Shown piece by piece: positions 10,693 to 21,747 of a stretch of DNA of 64,000 nt. Source of the DNA: Rhynchopus sp. YZ270_cl-10 (Eukaryota); assembly GCA_964035575.1 (NCBI GenBank), contig OZ037847.1, positions 186,001-250,000 of the forward strand. Reading direction: 5' to 3'. Position 1 is the first letter of the stretch; each line of letters opens with the position of its first letter. The position numbers and the translations under genes were made by a program. The notes beneath the pieces are model-generated. The model was not told the DNA's origin. It saw only the letters and a program-made list of their open reading frames with translations, and did no database searches.

Positions 10693-13323
10693 TCACCACA
10701 CAATCTCGTACGACGCTATCTCCTTTGCGACGGACATGTGACTGATTTCTTCGTAGCTGCTGCGTGAGTGTATTTCAGCTGCATCAATGGTCTTCAGGAT
10801 CTCCACAGCATCATCCCAGCGCTGCTTCTCCACTGCCACAAAAGCTTTATTCAGCTTGTGTGCGGGCGACTCGTGGACCTCCTCGAGCTGGTACATCCAC
10901 TCCCCAACAAGCACTGTCAGCTCTGCAAGCACACGGGACACAACCAACGGAATGCCTTCACGCGGCCCCTTGTTGCTTTTCACAAAGCCAAAGTGTCTGA
11001 AGTCAAAGACACCCTCGCACGCCTCGTAGATGCTGCTGTCGGTGATGAGCCCGTAGCCCTTGATCTTGGCGTAGCGCTCCAAGGAGTAGCCCCACGAGAC
11101 ACACTTGCCAAGAGTCGAATAGCGCTTCATGGTGTCAGCACCAATGTGCCCAGAGAGCACGGTGCCTGCGACCACGGCAGACGAGATGCGGAGCTGGAGT
11201 GACGACTCTGCGTTGGAGAGGATCTCAAGGCCCGACAGCGTCGCCGACTCGCGGAAACTTGTGATAGGGCGTGCGCCGTTGTATGTGATCACGACACGGT
11301 CGCCGGAGAAGGTCTCGGGCACACCACCACGGCCGTGGCTGACCTCGATGCACATTTGGATATATTGCTTGTGCTTCGCGATGACGTCGTTCTCGCGTGT
11401 GTTCATCATGTCGCTGTGGAAGCCGATGACATTCGCCATAAGGAAGGAGACCTTCTTCTTGGAGAGCGACGGTGTCCAGTTGCCCATGCGTTGGTGCCCG
11501 CCCTGAGCCAGGGTGTTGCGGTCTGTGCCAATATGCGACTCAGACTTGTTCGTAATTGTGTGCGTAAGTGCATTCGACCCCGTCACGGAGATCGAGGTGG
11601 CGGTCTCAGACTCCACATCGGAGGTGTCGTCTGCATACTTCGCCAGAAGCGTGCGTGGCAGGTACCTGCGGTACTCAATCAGGTTGTCCACAATCTTCAT
11701 AAACGCAAGAATAATGTCTGAAGGGTTCTCCAGCCCACGGATGTCGTCCAGATCTTCAAGGCGCATGTAGGCAATGCTTTGCGCACAGCGGAATGCAACC
11801 GCCTTCTCGGAGTAGAGCTTCGACAAACGCACCTGATCACGGAGCACACGGAATCCTGCCAGAGGTGCGCCAATGAGGAGGAAGGCACCAATAATGACGC
11901 TGATCACAATGATCACGTTCTTGTCCGTCTTGCCCTCCGAGAAGGGACAGTCGATGTTGCCTTCTCCGAAGTTCTTCATGCCTGAGGGACAGACGTGGCA
12001 GATCTCCGCACCTTCTTCTGAGAAGCTGCCTTCTGGACAGAGACTGCAGGAGGAGGAGAACTCCTGGCTGAAGGAGCCTGCAGGGCAGGCTTCGTGGTCC
12101 GTCACAACGGAGTACGTGCCGGCAGTGCAGTTGTGGCATTCAACAACGTAGGAGGGTGGGTTCTGCGTCACAGCAACGGTGTAGCGTGTCCCGTTCCCAC
12201 AGGCGTCACCACTGAGGATGAGATTGCCTGTGTCTGATATGCCGTCGATGGTGTAGTCCATCTTCACAGCAAGGTGGAAGTCATCCAAACAGTCGCCAAC
12301 CTTCTCCTGCACCCGCACACCGCCCTTCCACACAGGGTGGCAGAAAGGGTCAAAGCCACCCTTCATCTTCGTCACCGTGGAGTGGAAAAGCTTGCGTGTG
12401 GGTGTGTCCACCTCAAACGAGGGGTCGTGGTTGACTGATACGCCACTCGGGTACCCATACCACAGGTTGTGGCTTCCGTTCCTGAATGTGCCTGAGTACG
12501 ACCTGTTCATCAGCTCAGTGTAGATGGGTTCCCAGTTGAAATTTGATGACGTAAGCACAGTCTCCCCAATGATCTTCCGCCCGTCCGTGTTGGAGGCAAC
12601 ACTGTGTATCCCGTTTGCCTTTGCGTACAGTGCACCCTCCTGTGTGTCGGTGTGGTAGGCAATCACATCACATCCCATTGCATGCAAACGACGTGCAGCC
12701 TCACGCTCCTTCACGGGATCATAAAACGTACCAATCCAGATCACCACCGCGTCAACTTTGTGCTCAACGTATGTGGAGTTCATGATGGCACCTGCCCCGA
12801 CCTGTGCACCAAGGTAGTAAGCGTTGGCAGAACGGTACACTTCCGCAATCGGGATGGATGCAATAAAACCAACACGCTTTACTGTACTCTTCCCACCTGC
12901 AACCACACCAGACACGTAACGTGAGTGGTAGACACGTCCAAAGGCTGTGATGAAGTTATCCTGTCCAGAGTAGTAACCCGACACGTGAACAAAGTCGACA
13001 TTTGGATGAGCCTTTGCCGCAGCAAACGTCTCTTCGTGGTACATGAAGGAACAACCGATAACCATGTCGTAACCACTCTCCGACACGTTCTTCATCATCA
13101 CTTTCACGTCTTCTGACGACAGAGCCTCAAAGATGTCGGTGTGTATGCTGTCACCACGTGCCTCAAGCTCAGGCAGCAGTGCTTCCTGTGCACGGATCCT
13201 TCCTTCGTTGTGTGTGTACGTCCATCCCAGGTCAGAGATGTCACCGTTGTAGAAGAAGGCAGCTTTGAAGGTGCGCGCATCCATCTGTGCACACACTGCA
13301 AGGAGCACACATGTGCGGAGCAT
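10693..13323 (-). CDS. Receptor-type cyclase-like protein, copy 2 (pseudo-cyclase; chimera of copies 3 and 1)
   Basis: 876-aa ORF. The 3' part is near-identical to copy 1, including ~230 bp of downstream sequence. The N-terminus is identical to copy 3. An 18-bp in-frame deletion lies near 12089. Confidence 0.88.
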   Translation of the reverse strand: MLRTCVLLAVCAQMDARTFKAAFFYNGDISDLGWTYTHNEGRIRAQEALLPELEARGDSIHTDIFEALSSEDVKVMMKNVSESGYDMVIGCSFMYHEETFAAAKAHPNVDFVHVSGYYSGQDNFITAFGRVYHSRYVSGVVAGGKSTVKRVGFIASIPIAEVYRSANAYYLGAQVGAGAIMNSTYVEHKVDAVVIWIGTFYDPVKEREAARRLHAMGCDVIAYHTDTQEGALYAKANGIHSVASNTDGRKIIGETVLTSSNFNWEPIYTELMNRSYSGTFRNGSHNLWYGYPSGVSVNHDPSFEVDTPTRKLFHSTVTKMKGGFDPFCHPVWKGGVRVQEKVGDCLDDFHLAVKMDYTIDGISDTGNLILSGDACGNGTRYTVAVTQNPPSYVVECHNCTAGTYSVVTDHEACPAGSFSQEFSSSCSLCPEGSFSEEGAEICHVCPSGMKNFGEGNIDCPFSEGKTDKNVIIVISVIIGAFLLIGAPLAGFRVLRDQVRLSKLYSEKAVAFRCAQSIAYMRLEDLDDIRGLENPSDIILAFMKIVDNLIEYRRYLPRTLLAKYADDTSDVESETATSISVTGSNALTHTITNKSESHIGTDRNTLAQGGHQRMGNWTPSLSKKKVSFLMANVIGFHSDMMNTRENDVIAKHKQYIQMCIEVSHGRGGVPETFSGDRVVITYNGARPITSFRESATLSGLEILSNAESSLQLRISSAVVAGTVLSGHIGADTMKRYSTLGKCVSWGYSLERYAKIKGYGLITDSSIYEACEGVFDFRHFGFVKSNKGPREGIPLVVSRVLAELTVLVGEWMYQLEEVHESPAHKLNKAFVAVEKQRWDDAVEILKTIDAAEIHSRSSYEEISHMSVAKEIASYEIVW

Positions 13324-13470
13324 TGTGAGGTCCTGTGGTGTGGGTGAGGGAGTGGGACGTGATTAGGACACAAACAAAAAATTTCAATAGTTACTCTCTG
13401 GTGCACTGCTGACTATTCCTGCGTGTCTCGTCCTAACTGGAAAGCTAGGAAACATGACTTCAATATTCAC

Positions 13471-16400
13471 TTAGTCCTTTACGGACACTCGTGCCCCGCA
13501 ACCATGCTGCCTGAGGTACTGACTGACGATGAGCGGGGTGCGGCTGGCTGTGCGGTGGCAGTGCTGTTCGATGGGCTTGTATTCGGCGTTGTCGAAGCAG
13601 GCTTCGTAGTCAGGTCCCCAGAGCCATGTGTCGGCATCTTCGTTCTTCATGAAGTCCATCTCGTAGACGGGGAGCAGCACCTCGTGGTAGACGGTGACTT
13701 CTACCCTGCTCACAGGGCGCAGGTTGTCCTGCAAGCGTGGGTCGTCGCATAGGGAGAGCTTCTGCTCCAAGGCGGTGACGCAGGCAAAACACTCAAAGTA
13801 CTCTGCCTCGTGCACCAGTGCCTCAGCTACGCTGATGGGTGTTCCCACAACCGTAATAAAACGCTGGTTTCCTGTGCCCACCGTGCCAGTGGACACAGGG
13901 CCTGTGCAGACACCTACGTGCGCAGTGCAGGCATTGCTGAATAAGAAATGCTGGACAAGAGAGACAAAATGAGCAGCAAGTTGCTCGTGTGCGCCGACGG
14001 GCTGCGAAGGGAAGGTATTCCACCCTACAACGAGGTTGTTGTTGTGTGCGGCTATCACGTTCCCGTTCGTGCGCTCCATACCAGCGAGGATGCGCGGCAG
14101 TGTTGACTGCGACGCAGCCATCACGTCGTCGGGGGAGCCTTGAAACACGATGCTCAGCTTCGCTACAGTCGTCGACATCATTCTGCTGAACAGCTTGTTG
14201 TCCCTGCGCGGCGAAGTCGCCTCGCCGTTGCTGCCCTCTGCTGAGCTCGCCCGACGCTTCCTGTCCAGCACACACTGCGCGACGTCCAGCTCCCTCATCT
14301 GCAGCGACACGGGGATTACCAGCACGACGGAGTGGCTATCTCTGAAGCCCTTCAACGTCGTGTTCGGCAGCGGCACCACGACGTACTGCTCCCTGAGGAG
14401 CAGGACGTCCTCCTGCAACCCTTCCAACGTCTCTTCGCATACACAGACCGACCCCCCAGCACCAGCAGCCTCGAGCCGTGCAGCCTTGTTCACCGTGGAC
14501 CCAAAATAGTCTACGCGACGCGTCAGTGCGTTCTCCTCTATGGTGACGGGGCCGTAGTGGAGGCCCCCACGCACCCGCAGGCCTTTCCATATGCTGCCGT
14601 GCCGCTTGCTGTGTGTGTGGGTGTGCAGTGACTGCGGCCAGTCGTCACTGCGGACAAGGTTCATCTGGATTTCTAACGAAAATATGAGTGCCTCCAAAGC
14701 CGTGTCGAAGGCGACCATGAAGGAGTCGCCAATAGTTTTCACTTCGTAGCCGTTGTGTGCAGCAATGTCGTCACGGATGATGCGGTTGTGCACGGACAGA
14801 CCCACAGCCATCTCTTCCGGGAAGGCCTCCCACAGGTCTGTCGAACGCTGGATGTCCGTGAACACTATCGCGGCCGTGCAGCTGTTGAGCCCAGGGGCGA
14901 TGCGGTCTGGCGCTGTAATGGAATCACTGAGGCCTGCCTGCAGCAACGTCTGCGGGAGGTACCTGCGGTATTCGATCAGGTTGTCCATGATGCGGATGAA
15001 CGAGAGCACAATGTCCGACGGCTTCTCGATTGTACGGATGTCGTCCACCTCCTCCAGCCGCATGCATGCAATGCTCTCCGCACAGCGCATGGCAACAGCC
15101 TTCTCAGAGTGCAGGGATGAGATCTTCGACCGATCACGCATGAACCTCACTAGGAAGAGCAGCGCGATGATCATAAGCCCGCCAGCCACAGTCGCAAGAA
15201 CGATCTCCGGGGTGTACGTCTTCGCCGTAGATATCAGGCACTCCGCGTTGCCCATGCCTGCGTTCGTCATCTCGGCAGGGCACTGCAGACACACACCCAC
15301 GCCACCAGGCGAGAACAGACCTTCTGCACAGGGACTGCAGGTAGGCAGGCCACCTTCACTTGCTGTGCCCAAGGGGCAAGACGTGCAGAAGGACGCACCC
15401 TCGACGCTGAAGGAGCCTGGGGGGCAGGGCGTGCACGTCTTCGCACCCTCGTGGCTGTTTATCACGGAGTACGTGCCGGCAGCGCAGTTGTGGCATCGTA
15501 TATCAAATGCAGCAGGATTCTGTGTCACGTGTTCTGTGTAGCGTGTGCCGTTCCCACAGGCCTCCCCAGACAGCGACATAAAACCAACATCCGTCGGACC
15601 ATCAATGATGAACTGCATCTTCACAGCAAGGTAGAAGTCCCCCAAACAGTCGCCAACATTCTCCTGCACCCGCACACCGTCCTTCCACACAGGGTGGCAG
15701 AAAGGGTCAAAGCCACCCTTCATCTTTCTTACTGTGGAGTGGAAGAGCTTGCGTGTGGGTGTGTCCACCTCAAACGAAGGCACGTGGTTGACCGACACAC
15801 CAGCAGGGTACCCATACCACAGGTTGTGGCTTCCGCTCTTGAACGTGCCTAAGTACGACCTGTTCATCAGCTCTGCATAAAGCGGTCCCCAGTTGAAACT
15901 CGAAGAAGTAAGCACAGTCTCCCCAATGATCTTCCGCCCGTCCGTGTTGGAGGCAACACTGTGTATCCCGTTTGCCTTTGCGTACAGTGCACCCTCCTGT
16001 GTGTCGGTGTGGTAGGCAATCACATCACATCCCATTGCATGCAAACGACGTGCAGCCTCACGCTCCTTCACGGGATCATAAAACGTACCAATCCAGATCA
16101 CCACCGCGTCAACTTTGTGCTCAACGTATGTGGAGTTCATGATGGCACCTGCCCCGACCTGTGCACCAAGGTAGTAAGCGTTGGCAGAACGGTACACTTC
16201 CGCAATCGGGATGGATGCAATAAAACCAACACGCTTTACTGTACTCTTCCCACCTGCAACCACACCAGACACGTAACGTGAGTGGTAGACACGTCCAAAG
16301 GCTGTGATGAAGTTATCCTGTCCAGAGTAGTAACCCGACACGTGAACAAAGTCGACATTTGGATGAGCCTTTGCCGCAGCAAACGTCTCTTCGTGGTACA

Positions 16401-16680
16401 TGAAGGAACAACCGATAACCATGTCGTAACCACTCTCCGACACGTTCTTCATCATCACTTTCACGTCTTCTGACGACAGAGCCTCAAAGATGTCGGTGTG
16501 TATGCTGTCACCACGTGCCTCAAGCTCAGGCAGCAGTGCTTCCTGTGCACGGATCCTTCCTTCGTTGTGTGTGTACGTCCATCCCAGGTCAGAGATGTCA
16601 CCGTTGTAGAAGAAGGCAGCTTTGAAGGTGCGCGCATCCATCTGTGCACACACTGCAAGGAGCACACATGTACGGAGCAT
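13471..16680 (-). CDS. Receptor-type adenylate cyclase: BMP/PnrA-like sensor, Cys-rich repeats, TM, intact class III cyclase domain plus a degenerate second domain
   Basis: ATG at 16680 (MLRTCVLLAVCAQMDA). Catalytic motifs VFTDIQRST, YEVKTIGDSFMVAF, GLRVRGGLHYG and RVDYFGSTVNKAARLE; the Lys/Asp pair is typical of ATP specificity. A second, degenerate cyclase-like domain contains HVGVCTGPVSTG...VVGTPISVAEAL. Confidence 0.92.
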   Translation of the reverse strand: MLRTCVLLAVCAQMDARTFKAAFFYNGDISDLGWTYTHNEGRIRAQEALLPELEARGDSIHTDIFEALSSEDVKVMMKNVSESGYDMVIGCSFMYHEETFAAAKAHPNVDFVHVSGYYSGQDNFITAFGRVYHSRYVSGVVAGGKSTVKRVGFIASIPIAEVYRSANAYYLGAQVGAGAIMNSTYVEHKVDAVVIWIGTFYDPVKEREAARRLHAMGCDVIAYHTDTQEGALYAKANGIHSVASNTDGRKIIGETVLTSSSFNWGPLYAELMNRSYLGTFKSGSHNLWYGYPAGVSVNHVPSFEVDTPTRKLFHSTVRKMKGGFDPFCHPVWKDGVRVQENVGDCLGDFYLAVKMQFIIDGPTDVGFMSLSGEACGNGTRYTEHVTQNPAAFDIRCHNCAAGTYSVINSHEGAKTCTPCPPGSFSVEGASFCTSCPLGTASEGGLPTCSPCAEGLFSPGGVGVCLQCPAEMTNAGMGNAECLISTAKTYTPEIVLATVAGGLMIIALLFLVRFMRDRSKISSLHSEKAVAMRCAESIACMRLEEVDDIRTIEKPSDIVLSFIRIMDNLIEYRRYLPQTLLQAGLSDSITAPDRIAPGLNSCTAAIVFTDIQRSTDLWEAFPEEMAVGLSVHNRIIRDDIAAHNGYEVKTIGDSFMVAFDTALEALIFSLEIQMNLVRSDDWPQSLHTHTHSKRHGSIWKGLRVRGGLHYGPVTIEENALTRRVDYFGSTVNKAARLEAAGAGGSVCVCEETLEGLQEDVLLLREQYVVVPLPNTTLKGFRDSHSVVLVIPVSLQMRELDVAQCVLDRKRRASSAEGSNGEATSPRRDNKLFSRMMSTTVAKLSIVFQGSPDDVMAASQSTLPRILAGMERTNGNVIAAHNNNLVVGWNTFPSQPVGAHEQLAAHFVSLVQHFLFSNACTAHVGVCTGPVSTGTVGTGNQRFITVVGTPISVAEALVHEAEYFECFACVTALEQKLSLCDDPRLQDNLRPVSRVEVTVYHEVLLPVYEMDFMKNEDADTWLWGPDYEACFDNAEYKPIEQHCHRTASRTPLIVSQYLRQHGCGARVSVKD

Positions 16681-16986
16681 TGTGAGGGTCACATATGCAA
16701 TAATGTAGTGGTTCACTGTTGGTGTGGTGTACAATGTGAACGGAGGGGAAAGATACAAAGCAAGAGAACAATAAACGAGGAGGTGTCTTAGGTTCGTTTC
16801 GTGCGTTTGTTTTAAGGGGATGTCGGGAGTGGTGGGTTTGTGTGTTTCGTTCGATAGAGGTCGCTGCTTCTTAAGCACCGCTCTCCCCTTCCCCTCCCCA
16901 CCACCCGAGAAACCCCATTCCGTACAGACAACTACGGCCAGTACTCACCCTGCCCAACTTAGGTTCGTTTGCCGCTTTCAGGGAAA

Positions 16987-18531
16987 TTACTGTGAAAAGG
17001 GAAGAAAATTGAAATTGTGGATGATATGTTTTGTGTCTGAACATACTTCGGCGTTTGGGATCCAGAAGTGCACGCATCTGTCCTGCGGGCCGTCACTGTG
17101 GTGGCTCTCTCGCATGCCGTGCTCGTTGCGTGATTCAATGCAGTACATAATCATGTACTTCCTGTCGGGTTTGTGATTTTAAAGGAATGTTAAACGCAGT
17201 AACATACTTTGTGTGCCAGGAGACATCGAAGTAGCTGTACCCCCTCGGCAGGGGTGGGTGTTTGTGGAGGAGCTGTGGTGGTGTGGAGTTGAGCAAATAT
17301 TTGTTGAATGCCCACAAAGAGAAAACTATAACTGTTGTCACAGATCTACATACACACCACCGATGTGCACCACTGTTTCTTGGTTCTAAAAAAAGGGGGG
17401 GGGAGGGAAACGCTGCCCAAAAACATACCGTCCGTGTCGCACTGTGTATGACAAACATCTCTGTCTTGGCCACTATGCACGCAAGCTCCCCGTCGTAGCT
17501 GAACGCTACACACCTGACCTCTTCTTTGCAACGTGCGAAACAGCCAATAGTCTCAAACGTGTCGAGCGTGAGGAACGTCGACACGCTGTCCGAGCTTGCC
17601 GTTGCGAAGTAACGCCCACTCGGGTCAGTCGCAACGGAGTAGATGGAGGAGGAGTGGCACTGCAGCGAGAGCTTCTTGTGCTGTGCGTGGATGCCTGGGT
17701 TGCCGGACGCCTTCGTCACCACCTGTGTTTGTTTTGTTCATATGTTCAGTGCTGCCAGAAGCATTCCTCCAGAAACACTCAAAACCCAGGCTCGCCACCT
17801 GAGAGTTCTTGCAGGATGCTAAACCTCTGTTAGGTTACGAACCCGAATGAAGGACATACCTGATATGCGACGATGGTGCCCACATCTGTTGCGGCAAGAA
17901 GCTTCTCGCCGTCTGGGTTGAGACGGAAGTCGTGACAGCGGTACGGCAGCTCTGAGCACGCTGTGCGCTCGAGCTTGCGCTGGTCCTTCACTGCGAAGAG
18001 GATCATGTGGTCGGTGTCGGTGGAGACGAAGATGTGTTCGCCTGAGGGGTGCCAGCGGATGACGTTGCCCATGCAGCCTACAGAACGCATGTCACCCACT
18101 TTGATGCATGCGTCTGCCTCACCACCCACCATGCGGACGTTCCAGATGTGCACCTTGTCGCCTCCCGTGGCCGCTAGCAGGTTTGGGTCGTTCGGGTGCC
18201 AGCGCACAGAGGAGATCTCTCTGCCAATGCTCGCGTCGCACATCAAAGGTGTCGCGGTCACCTGCCGTTCGGTGTGCGTGCCTTCCGCAATCTTGTTGAA
18301 GTCGTACACCATCACGTACCCCCCAGTGGTCCCCAGAGCAAAGTACTTCCCGTCGCAACTCCAGTCCACGGTCGTTGGTGTCCCCAACGGTACACCGTCC
18401 TTCTTGATGTGCACCATCATCCGCCGCCCCACGTCGCTGCCAGACTTTGCAAAATATTTTGAAAATTCGTCTGCAGGTTTGGCATCAATCCAGGACTGCT
18501 CTGAGCCATATAAATCCTCCCATGTCTTCAT
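16987..18531 (-). CDS. THOC3: WD40 protein, THO complex subunit 3 (Tex1)-like; 5 exons
   Basis: Motifs VDWSCDGKYFALG, VRWHPNDPNLLAATGGDK, CHSSSIYSVATDPSGRYFATASSDS, FARCKEEVRCVAFSYDGEL and SWHTKK match the THOC3 pattern. Frame-preserving GT-AG introns at 17723-17859, 17273-17428, 17162-17207 and 16990-17046. Confidence 0.8.
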
Positions 18532-18866
18532 CGCAGATGAAGTAGTGAGTGTGGGAGGTGTGCCTGAGGGGGTAAAGGGTAGAGGGTAGAGGGCAGAGGG
18601 TAGATACCGTACGGTTGGGATGCAAAGAGGAACAAAAACCACACAAAAGAGATACGATTACGTTACTAGAGTTATAAAAACCACGGAGGGAAAAAATCCG
18701 TTGTTTTTTAGCACCCCCCAGGCAGACCAGGAGGGTCATACGTTTGTATTAAAAAAGAAAAGCTATCCAAAACTCTCCGTCGCCACTCACCGCAAAGAAA
18801 GTTGGGTCAGATGTTCCCCCCCGCCTTTCACCACCTTTTAGAGACCACGCCACAGAACCTTCTCCC

Positions 18867-19478
18867 CTATGCCTCAGGCTCCACCCCCGCCGCCTTGTTC
18901 GCAGCATCAGACCAGTACTGGAAGATCTCTTGAATCGCTTCTTTGTCCGACGGCAGAATCGCTGGGGGGCTGCACCCTCCGGTCTCTGCTTTTGTGAGGA
19001 GTTCTATTGTTGCAAAGTCGAGAAGGTGCTGTGGGAGGAGCACCTGCGCCTGTTGCACCGTGCTGAGATACATCGACTGGCACACTGCAGATTTGTGCCG
19101 TGCGTAGGGTGAGAGGTCCGACGTGGCGACGTTCTTTCTGAGGGTAGGGTCCTGCACCACGCAGAACACAAGGAGATGTGCAAAGCGCCGTGCCACCTCT
19201 GGGGTGGATAGCGACGATAGATCCGCACCTAAGGCCCCCTCGTCCCCCCACTCCCCCCAGTACTGCACACGCAGCTCGCCCTCTGCCTGGTCCAGGAGCG
19301 TCGCATCGATGCTCTCCTTCGACTCCTTCAGCTCTTTGCTGCTTGCAATGTTGAGCTGCACCCTCCGGTAGCGTCCGTACACCTGCTTTGCAACACTCTT
19401 CACGGAGTCACCCCAAAGAGAGGCTACGCTATTTGTAGCCGGCACCGTAGCGCATCGTACCAGACATCGGCGGAACAT
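18867..19478 (-). CDS. Hypothetical protein with a putative short mitochondrial targeting peptide
   Basis: GC-rich 203-aa ORF starting MFRRCLVRCAT, resembling the short presequences of Euglenozoa. Confidence 0.65.
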   Translation of the reverse strand: MFRRCLVRCATVPATNSVASLWGDSVKSVAKQVYGRYRRVQLNIASSKELKESKESIDATLLDQAEGELRVQYWGEWGDEGALGADLSSLSTPEVARRFAHLLVFCVVQDPTLRKNVATSDLSPYARHKSAVCQSMYLSTVQQAQVLLPQHLLDFATIELLTKAETGGCSPPAILPSDKEAIQEIFQYWSDAANKAAGVEPEA

Positions 19479-19576
19479 TTTGTATTCTGATGCGAAGGAG
19501 GATGAGAAAGAGAAATGGAGAAGGGGAGATGCCCAAAGGGTAAAATAATCATGAAGTAAGCAAGGCTCCCTCAAGG

Positions 19577-19739
19577 CAGTGATCTAAAATACGTGGCAAA
19601 ATACGTATTAATACGTAATAATACGTAGCAATACGTGGCTTACCCCCCACGGCATTACGTATCAATACGTATCAATACGTATCAATACGTATCAATACGA
19701 ATTCGCATTATACGTATCAATACGTATTTTAGATCACTC
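19577..19739. mobile_element. Small hAT-like MITE with internal (ATACGTATCA)n repeats
   Basis: 17-bp TIR AGTGATCTAAAATACGT / ACGTATTTTAGATCACT. CCTCAAGG occurs immediately left and again a few nt right of the element, a probable 8-bp TSD. Confidence 0.7.
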
Positions 19740-19782
19740 AGGGCCTCAAGGGGAGGACCTTGAAGGGGGGGGGGGGGGGGTG

Positions 19783-21747
19783 TAGGGAGCACGGCGAGGC
19801 CCTTTTTTCTGTAACACTCAACAAAAAATCATGAAAACGTGTAAAAAAAATATCCGAAAACACAAAACCACCCCAGAAAACACATTTGTGGGACTATTTC
19901 TTACTTTTTGATGCCTTTTGGCACTTTCCCCCCCGATTTTTTGACACTTTTTGACACGTTTTCACCCAATTTCCCCCTTCTCTGAGGGTATTTGATAGCA
20001 GGGCGATTTATAAAAAAATTCAAAAATTTAAACTAGTCCAAAACAAGAGGAAAAGTGGTTTTTTCCAGTCAGATGTGTGCGCAGAGTGATTTCCGGGGGG
20101 TTTTGGGGCCAAAAGTCCAGTTTTTTCAATGTCTTCGCTGAAAATATTGAATTTTTTTTATACACAAAAACCACATTTTAGCCGGGGAGGAGAAAGCGTT
20201 ACCAAAGCGTTACACACCCTCTATTTGGACCTCCGGGAACCAAAATCGACCAGAAAATGGTTGTAAATACGATTTTTCAACCCCCATAAGGTATCTAAGA
20301 TCAACCCCGGGGGTATTGGTCTCTTCTATGGACGTTTTGTGGACGATTTTTGGGTTTTGGGGTGACGAAAAGGCCTAAAAAACGAGGTAAAAACTGCCCC
20401 CTTTTCTGTCTCATCCACTCAAATACACGCTCGGGCCCCAATCTGGACGCCCAAAAGCTTCGAAACCCACATATTTCCACTGCCGGACCTCACCGGAGGG
20501 GACGTGGGGTGGTTTTCGGCACCTTAGAAGAAAAACTGTGCTCCCGGATCCATTTTTTTGAAAGCGTTACATTCCTAGAGGAAATCTTACTAAAATCTTA
20601 CTATTTTCGAAGCCGTTTTTTTGAAAAAAAGTGATTTTTTTTAGAAAATAAACGCTCAGTTTTGGTTGTTTGGTGTTTCATTGGGCAGAATCGACGAATT
20701 TTAGGCCACTTTGGGACCAGGTAGACCCACCTTGGCGGGTTTTATGACTTTTTTTCAAAAAATTCTTGAAAAAACACGAGCGTTACAGAGGGTCCTTAAG
20801 GATTTCCTTAAGGGCTGTGCCCCCTAGGCATAGGTGCCGGCCGAGTCGTTTTTGGGCGAGTTGTCGGAACTTTACGATTTCACCTAACAACTCGCCCAAA
20901 ACTCGGACAACTCGGCCACAACTCGCCCTATACTCGGCACAACTCGCCCTATACTCGGCACAACTCGGCCACAACTCGGCCACAACTCGCCCATTTATAC
21001 AGGCAAAAACATACAGGGATGGGAGGTGACGTTGTAAGGTTACACACATGTAACGTTGGTACAACACATAATCTCAAGAAAAACAACCAGGGCTAAGGCC
21101 AAACGCCACTCATTACATGCACCTTGTCATATGACTAGTCATAGGTGGTAACTAGGTCGCGGTGGTCCATGGGCCACCGTGCACTTTTGGTAATTGCTGG
21201 GGGGAATGGGATATACTCCGTACATGGATACACACAGAACACACGGTTCCCCAGACATCTGTCAGGCAATCACTGATTCACTTCACACAGGTCGGGCAGG
21301 CGCTGCCTGCCCATCCTCTTTTCCTGTCTGCTATCGATTCCAGGTTCACAACGTTCACACGTTTAGTCAAAATGCTTTGGGCGACGACTTCCTTTGGGAT
21401 ACACAAAACCACACAAAGCGCACATTCACAGACCAGCTGTGAAGCGTGGGATGCACGAGATAAAACGTGATGTGGTGTACCTGTGTACCTGTGTACCTGT
21501 GTACCTGTGTACCTGTGTACCTGTGTACCTGTGTACCTGTGTACCTGTGTACCTGTGTACCTGTGTACCTGTGTACCTGTGTACCTGTGTACCTGTGTAC
21601 CTGTGTACCTGTGTACCTGTGTACCTGTGTTTTTGTAGCCATAAAAAATCCCAAAAAAAAACAACTCGCCCAAAAAAAATGGGCGAGTTGTTGGCCGAAT
21701 TTGGGCGAGTTGCCGAGTTGTTTTAACTCGCCGGGCACCTATGCCTA
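19783..21747. mobile_element. Non-autonomous hAT-like element with a second element inserted in its terminal TA
   Basis: TAGGGAGCACGGC (19783) pairs with GCTGTGCCCCCTA (ends 20826). Subterminal CTGTAACACTC pairs with GAGCGTTACAG. (G)nTG flanks both sides once the insert is removed. The right 382 bp recur at 46753-47135. Confidence 0.7.
20827..21745. mobile_element. TA-flanked MITE carrying a (GTACCTGT)n microsatellite
   Basis: Perfect 12-bp TIR GGCATAGGTGCC / GGCACCTATGCC with TA on both sides. Many subterminal CAACTCG(C/G)C repeats in both orientations. 8-mer array at ~21477-21628. Confidence 0.82.

Noticed and set aside
20793..20827. Helitron-like 3' end (CCTTAAGG hairpin followed by CTAG)
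   Set aside because: The end pairs with a TIR at 19783, and the second copy ends CTAC. The G of CTAG belongs to the inserted MITE.
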